This document shows, piece by piece, positions 59,114-64,000 of a stretch of 64,000 nt of DNA; position 1 is the stretch's first letter, and the number at the start of each line of letters is the position of its first letter. The stretch is from an uncultured Gammaproteobacteria bacterium (GTDB lineage: Bacteria > Patescibacteriota > Patescibacteriia > Patescibacteriales > UBA12465). The stretch lies in contig CAZPPI010000004.1 of assembly GCA_964588435.1 (NCBI GenBank), positions 12-64,011 on the forward strand, read 5' to 3'. A model generated the notes under the pieces. That model was not told the origin of the DNA and ran no database searches. It saw only the letters and a list, made by a program, of their open reading frames with translations. The position numbers and the translations under genes are program-made.

Positions 59114-59653
59114 CTAATAATAACCTTTATTTAAAAGATGAATCATAGCTGTGTGAACTGCTTGTTCTGAATATTTTGTTCTAGTTAGTATTCCTTTTGT
59201 TAAAATGCCAATCATACCGCTATCTTCACGAAAAGCTCTGTCATTAGTAAAACCAAGTTCAATCGCGATATCAGATATTTCTTTATTTTCTTGAAAAATC
59301 ATTTCAATCATCTTTTTTGGGTATTCAAAACAACTAGAAAGACCTAAATGAAAATTTTTGCCATCAAAAATAGCGCAAACAGTGGTATCCATATAGCCAC
59401 TTTTAGTTTGATTTACTGAAAAAATTCCTGATTCTAAACCAATTCCTAAATCAGCAGATTTTTGATGATAGGCATTTTTAGCTCTATTTTTTGCGCCTGT
59501 TATTGTTTCATCTATTGTTTTTGGTTGATTACTTACTCCTGATTTAACCTCAGCACCAATTATTTCTGAGTTAGAATATTTTTCATAATAAGACAGGGCA
59601 TTTTTAACTGCCTCTAATTTTCCTTTGTTTTGAGTACCAACACTAATTTTCAT
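59114..59653 (-). CDS. yjjX: inosine/xanthosine triphosphatase (YjjX/DUF84 family)
   Basis: VGTQNKGKLEAVKNA...SGVSNQP....ET..GA.NRA...., GILTKG.LTR....QAV pattern, matching E. coli YjjX as I recall it. Confidence 0.75.
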   Translation of the reverse strand: MKISVGTQNKGKLEAVKNALSYYEKYSNSEIIGAEVKSGVSNQPKTIDETITGAKNRAKNAYHQKSADLGIGLESGIFSVNQTKSGYMDTTVCAIFDGKNFHLGLSSCFEYPKKMIEMIFQENKEISDIAIELGFTNDRAFREDSGMIGILTKGILTRTKYSEQAVHTAMIHLLNKGYY

Positions 59654-59669
59654 AAATTTTATTGTCTAG

Positions 59670-59740
59670 TCGGGCTGCCCGGAATCGAACCGGGGCTACA
59701 TACACCCCATGCACGCGTACTACCACTATACTACAGCCCG
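59670..59740 (-). tRNA. tRNA-Pro (anticodon GGG)
   Basis: C1-G72 acceptor CGGGCTG/CAGCCCG, anticodon arm CGTGC-ATGGGGT-GTATG (two G-U pairs; U33, GGG, G37), 4-nt variable loop, T arm CCCGG-TTCGATT-CCGGG. Confidence 0.8.
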
Positions 59741-59854
59741 GATGATTAATTAGATATTGAATAATATAATAATAGTTTAATAATTAAAAGTTGTAAAATT
59801 TATTTGCTAAAAGTCATTATTTAAATTACAATTACTAAAGATAAACATAATAAT

Positions 59855-60844
59855 ATGAGTGATAAAAAGAAAATTTTTTCCGGAATTAAACCTAGTGGGG
59901 ATGTTCATATTGGCCAATATATTGGCGCTATTTCTCAGTGGCCAAAAATGCAAGCTGATAATAATTGTATTTTTTGTGTAGTTGATTACCATGCAATTAC
60001 CGTTAAGCAAGATCCGGAAGAACTTCAGTGCCGTCTTTTAGAAATAACAAAAATTTATTTAGCTGCTGGAATTGATCCGGAAAAATCAATTATTTTTCGT
60101 CAATCTGACGTTTCCGCTCACACTGAACTTGCTTGGATTTTAAATTGTGCTGGCGCGAGAATTGCTGATTTAAATAAAATGACTCAATTTAAAGATAAAG
60201 CGGGGAAAAATCAAGAATCAGTTTCGGTTGGTCTTTATGATTACCCAGTTTTAATGGCAGCTGATATTTTATTATATGACACAGAAATTGTTCCCGTTGG
60301 TGAAGATCAAAAACAACACGTTGAACTAACAAGAGATGTTGCTAAGAGGTTTAATAATGAATATGGTGAGGTTTTTAAGATTCCTCAAGCAGTTGTTAAG
60401 CAAGAAGGGGCAAGAATTATGTCACTTCTAGATCCGCTCAAAAAAATGAGTAAGAGTGATGATAATCAAAATAATTGTATTGCTTTGTTAGATGATATAG
60501 AGGAGGCGAGAAAAAAAATTATGAAAGCAGTTACTGATTCAGATATAGATATTGACTACGATCCGATAAATAGACCAGCTTTATCTAATCTTTTAACTAT
60601 TTATGCTCAATTAGGTAATCGTGAAATTCCACGTTTAGTTAAGGATTATCGAGGAAAAGGTTATGGTGAATTTAAAAAAGATTTAGCCGAAGTTGTTGTT
60701 AAATTTTTAGAAGATTTTCAAGAAAAATATAATTCGATTTCTGATAAAGAGGCTTTTAGAATTTTAGAGGAGGGTAAAGAAAAAGCTGAGGCTATTGCCA
60801 ACAAAAAACTTAAGGAGGTTAAAGAGTTAATTGGTATTAAATAA
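59855..60844 (+). CDS. trpS: tryptophanyl-tRNA synthetase
   Basis: GIKPSGDVHIGQYIG (HIGH region), KMSKSD, GEDQKQH. 329 aa. Confidence 0.95.
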   Translation: MSDKKKIFSGIKPSGDVHIGQYIGAISQWPKMQADNNCIFCVVDYHAITVKQDPEELQCRLLEITKIYLAAGIDPEKSIIFRQSDVSAHTELAWILNCAGARIADLNKMTQFKDKAGKNQESVSVGLYDYPVLMAADILLYDTEIVPVGEDQKQHVELTRDVAKRFNNEYGEVFKIPQAVVKQEGARIMSLLDPLKKMSKSDDNQNNCIALLDDIEEARKKIMKAVTDSDIDIDYDPINRPALSNLLTIYAQLGNREIPRLVKDYRGKGYGEFKKDLAEVVVKFLEDFQEKYNSISDKEAFRILEEGKEKAEAIANKKLKEVKELIGIK

Positions 60845-61267
60845 TATATCGCTGTTTTATGCGTTTTTAACAGCTATTTTTGCGGCTGCGGTCGTGATTG
60901 TTGGTAAATTAGGTTTAAAAAATATTGACTCAACTTTAGCAACAACCATTCGTTCAATCGTGATGGCGGTTTTCTTAATAGCTGTTGCTTATCAATGAAA
61001 AAGTTTGACGGCTTTAATTTTCAAAGTATTCCCACTAAAGATTGGTGGTTAATAATTTTTGCCGGTATTTTTGGTGCCCTATCTTGGTTGTTTTATTTTT
61101 TTGCTCTTAAACATGGTCAGGCAGTACCCGTTGTCGCGATTGATCGTTTAAGTATAGTTTTTGTTCTTGTGCTCGTCGCTTTATTTTTAGGAGAAGCTTT
61201 TACTTTTAAATCTTTAGCCGGAACTATATTAATAGCGGCCGGGGCAATGTTAATTTCTATTAAATAA
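60831..61267 (+). pseudogene. single-EamA-domain (DMT superfamily) small transporter split into two overlapping ORFs (55 + 90 codons)
   Basis: The N piece (TTG 60831 to TGA 60998) reads VLNNISLFYAFLTAIFAAAVVIVGKLGLKNIDSTLATTIRSIVMAVFLIAVAYQ. The C piece (60995..61267) reads MKKFDGF...WWLIIFAGIFGALSWLFYFFALKHG...IDRLSIVFVLVLVALFLGE. Together they cover one roughly 140-aa EamA domain. The junction is caATGAaaaag. Confidence 0.5.
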
Positions 61268-61285
61268 AAATATTTTTAGATAAAG

Positions 61286-61312
61286 AAAAAAGGGCCGTAG
61301 TGGTCCTTTTTG
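61286..61312. terminator. bidirectional terminator hairpin between convergent genes
   Basis: AAAAAGGGCC-GTAGT-GGTCCTTTTT with A/T runs on both sides. Confidence 0.6.
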
Positions 61313-61330
61313 TTTTACCGGTACATAATT

Positions 61331-61774
61331 TTAGTTTGCACTTGGGGTGATTGACCCCATAGCAGGAAAAAAATTTTGTATGCCTTCTTTTTTAATTTTA
61401 TGAGAATAGAAGCTCATGTTAATCAAACAATAATGAACAAGTATTACGGGAATATTTATTTCTCCCTGAGTTTCTCCAATTATTATCCATTTTTTTGAAT
61501 CCAAAAAATTGAATAAATGTTCATTAATGCGATTGATTCCGTTAGAAGCAGTTGCATCAAAGTTTCCTGCGGTGATACAAACACTTCGTGATTGGATTTG
61601 TTCGGGTGAGTAAATTTCTTTCACCAGAATTTGGATGCGTACCTGTCTCTCGGGTTCAATCTCTATAATGCCACTTATTCTAAGTTCATTAACGAGACCA
61701 CGGACAAGTAAAGTCCAATGTTCTTCACCTGTTTCTAGTTTAATGCTTCCGGTAGTTTGGATTTTTCCTTTCAT
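61331..61774 (-). CDS. hypothetical protein (147 aa), first gene downstream of the 16S terminator
   Basis: Clean ORF with its own TTGACA-N17-TAAGTT promoter (61844..61816). No motif recognised. Confidence 0.55.
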   Translation of the reverse strand: MKGKIQTTGSIKLETGEEHWTLLVRGLVNELRISGIIEIEPERQVRIQILVKEIYSPEQIQSRSVCITAGNFDATASNGINRINEHLFNFLDSKKWIIIGETQGEINIPVILVHYCLINMSFYSHKIKKEGIQNFFPAMGSITPSAN

Positions 61775-61849
61775 TTCTATTTATTTTTTAAGTTTTTATT
61801 AAAGTACAGATTAATAACTTAGTACATAAATATTGATTTGTCAATATAA

Positions 61850-61872
61850 CAAAAAACACCCTTTAAGGTGTT
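61850..61872 (-). terminator. rho-independent terminator about 150 nt after the 16S 3' end
   Basis: Minus strand AACACC-UUAAAG-GGUGUU followed by UUUU. Confidence 0.65.
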
Positions 61873-62148
61873 AATGTAAGTTTAATCAGGTAATGAATTG
61901 TGAGTCTAATCGGCATCAATTCGTTTGCCTATATGTCTTGCGACTCAAGACCACTCCGAAACAATATCGGAGGCGACTAATTCTTTAATTCCGAAGAAAG
62001 AAAGAATTTTCTCCCTAGAAAGGAGGTGATCCATCCACAGCTTCCGCTACGGATGCCTTGTTACGACTTCGTCCCTGTCATCAGTCTTACCTTCGTCCCA
62101 TATAAAATGAGCCTTCGGGCACTACCAACTCCCTTGACGTGACGGGCG

Positions 62149-63009
62149 ATTATCTTCTTATAAACTTAAGAATTGATGTTCCCACTCAGCGAGCGGATTT
62201 CCCGCACTGAGCGAGCTCTAATGCATTTTCTGCTTTAGCCGATATAATTCTGCTAAACCAAACGATGTTAAGTGCTCATTTTTATTTATCGCTACCATTA
62301 TTTCACAAAAGATTTTGAAATCTCTTTGCTTGGTTGCGAATTTAACCGGATTAGCTTTGAAGAAAGGAATGATTATTTTTTGTAAATCCTTCCTTTTTGT
62401 AACTTCATAACGATAACAATTTTTGTGATTTGGACGTTTATCTCCTTGGAAATAAACATTACCACATCCGAAATATTGTTTTAATTGATAGAGAATGTCT
62501 TTGTCTTCTTCGACTAACTTAATATAAAATTTTGGCTCAATTCGAGCCCTTCTTTTACGTTCAGTATTTTTACCATTATTAACATAAACGGTAGAACTAC
62601 CTTCTCCATCAATTAATCCAGTGATATATTCTACTTTCAACATATGTATTAGAGTGATTCCTTCCTCCAGTAAACTGGAGTACTATGAATCAGCTGACTT
62701 CTGACGCAGCGTTAGTTTCATTATATCATCAAAATTAATTTGATGAAACCACTAACGTCAGATCTCCCGGGGTTAATTAATCTACCTTTCCCGACATCCT
62801 GAAACGAATTTTTTTTGAATCTTCCCAATGCTCACCACCCTGTCCAAAGGTCGATTCTTCGTTTTATATCTTCAGGCTATCGTTTGTCTTAAGATCCTTC
62901 CACCAATTTCCTCGCGAAAATTGACTATCTCTTAACTACGCTCCTTTATAGACAAAAGGAGGAACGGATTTTAACCGTTTGGTAAATTAACCTGCCCGGC
63001 GCAGATTTT
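62149..63009 (-). mobile_element. 861-nt intervening sequence (intron-like) in 16S rRNA at about E. coli C1399/C1400, carrying a homing-endonuclease ORF
   Basis: Conserved ...CTTGTACTCAC (ends at 63010) and CGCCCGTCACGTC (starts at 62148) are contiguous in all normal 16S genes. The insert contains structured hairpins and a LAGLIDADG ORF. Confidence 0.85.
62218..62643 (-). CDS. single-motif LAGLIDADG homing endonuclease
   Basis: 141 aa. N-terminal YITGLIDGEGS (LAGLIDADG-type motif), with size and basic C-terminal half typical of I-CreI-like homodimeric enzymes. Located inside the rRNA insertion. Confidence 0.85.
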   Translation of the reverse strand: MLKVEYITGLIDGEGSSTVYVNNGKNTERKRRARIEPKFYIKLVEEDKDILYQLKQYFGCGNVYFQGDKRPNHKNCYRYEVTKRKDLQKIIIPFFKANPVKFATKQRDFKIFCEIMVAINKNEHLTSFGLAELYRLKQKMH

Positions 63010-63309
63010 GTGAGTACAAGACCCGAGAACGTATTCACCGTGGCATAGCTGATCCACGATTACTAGCGATTCCAACTTCATGAAGGCGAATTGCAGCCTT
63101 CAATCCGAACTGAGAGAGGTTTTTTGGGATTTGCTCCACCTCGCGGTTTGGCGTCCCTCTGTACCTCCCATTGTAGCACGTGTGTTGCCCAAGGCGTAAG
63201 AACCATGCTGATTTGACGTCATCCCACCTTCCTCCCATTTAAAACGGGCAGTCTCCCATGACATATAAAACATAGGATCAGGGTTGCGCTCGTTTCCCGA
63301 CTTAACGGT

Positions 63310-63346
<37 letters not shown>

Positions 63347-63423
63347 TCTGTCTAGCACCCTCGAAGGCGGATCTGTTTCCAGACCTTGCAGCTAAATGTC
63401 AAGCCTTGGTGAGGTTCCTCGTT

Positions 63424-63471
<48 letters not shown>

Positions 63472-64000
63472 TATTCCTTTGAGTTTTAAGCTTGCGCTCG
63501 TACTCCCCAGGCGGGATACTTAACGGGTTAACTTAAATTAGCAGCACTGAAAGGGTCGATACTTCCAATGCTTAGTATCCAGTGTTTACGGCGTGGACTA
63601 CTGGGGTATCTAATCCCATTCGCTCCCCACGCTTTCGTCCATGAACGTCAGAACTGTCCCAGCAAGTTGCTTTCGCATTGAGTGTTCCTGCTGATATTAA
63701 CGGATTTAACCCCTACACCAGCAATTCCGCTTGCCTCTTCCAGTCTCTAGTTTATCCATCTCTCCCGCAGCCCCCTGGTTAAGCCAGAGGATTTAACAGG
63801 AGATGCGACAAACCGCCTACGGACGCTTTACGCCCAATAAATCCGGATAATGCTTGGGGCCCTCGTATTACCGCTGCTGCTGGCACGAGGTTAGCAGCCC
63901 CTTATTCAACTGCTACCATCATTGTTTTGTCACAGTTAAAAGTACTTTACACCCCGAGGGGCTTCTTCATACACGCGGCGTCGCTCCTTCAGACTTTCGT

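Overview
This is an AT-rich bacterial chromosomal segment (roughly one-third G+C by eye, not computed). It is densely packed, mostly housekeeping, and uses the standard code, with long intact ORFs and TGA as a stop. Both window ends are rRNA genes on the minus strand: the 5' domain of a 23S (1..~445) and most of a 16S (62018..64000). The 16S is interrupted by an 861-bp intervening sequence encoding a LAGLIDADG homing endonuclease.

Between the rRNA genes lie:
- the replication-origin neighbourhood (dnaN-dnaA divergent from rpmH-rnpA-yidD-yidC);
- transcription and translation factors (nusA, nusB, rnc, tig, smpB plus tmRNA, pth, der, rpsA-like S1, rpmF, valS, pheST, trpS);
- envelope genes (class A PBP, LCP, VanW, MOP flippase);
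- a membrane pyrophosphatase, glyA-folD, glycogen and sugar genes;
- pilus and competence parts (pilT, dprA, a T4SS-pilin-like protein), topA, recQ;
- 8 tRNAs.

Accessory content is small: a HaeIII-like type II R-M pair, an AbiE-like toxin-antitoxin pair in reversed order, and a few orphans. I saw no CRISPR array, transposase, integrase or prophage.

A Candidate Phyla Radiation / Patescibacteria origin is likely, but this is inference and not proven here. It rests on the ORF-bearing 16S insertion, unlinked 16S and 23S, mismatches at universal 16S primer sites, the T4SS-pilin-like protein and Elp3.

The most noteworthy observations are:
1. An Elp3 homologue together with a Trm9-like methyltransferase, which suggests a eukaryote/archaea-style (m)cm5U34 tRNA pathway.
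2. The 16S insertion at the decoding centre, whose termini do not fit the group I rule.
3. 16S and 23S separated by about 61.6 kb, each apparently its own transcription unit.
4. A tRNA-Ile with anticodon UAU.
5. A catalytically degenerate NrnA-like DHH protein.
6. A reversed AbiE-like pair.
7. Terminator-like leaders upstream of 23S and rpsA.

All RNA ends, promoters and terminators were read by eye and may be off by a few nt. All homology statements are from motif recognition and memory, not database searches.
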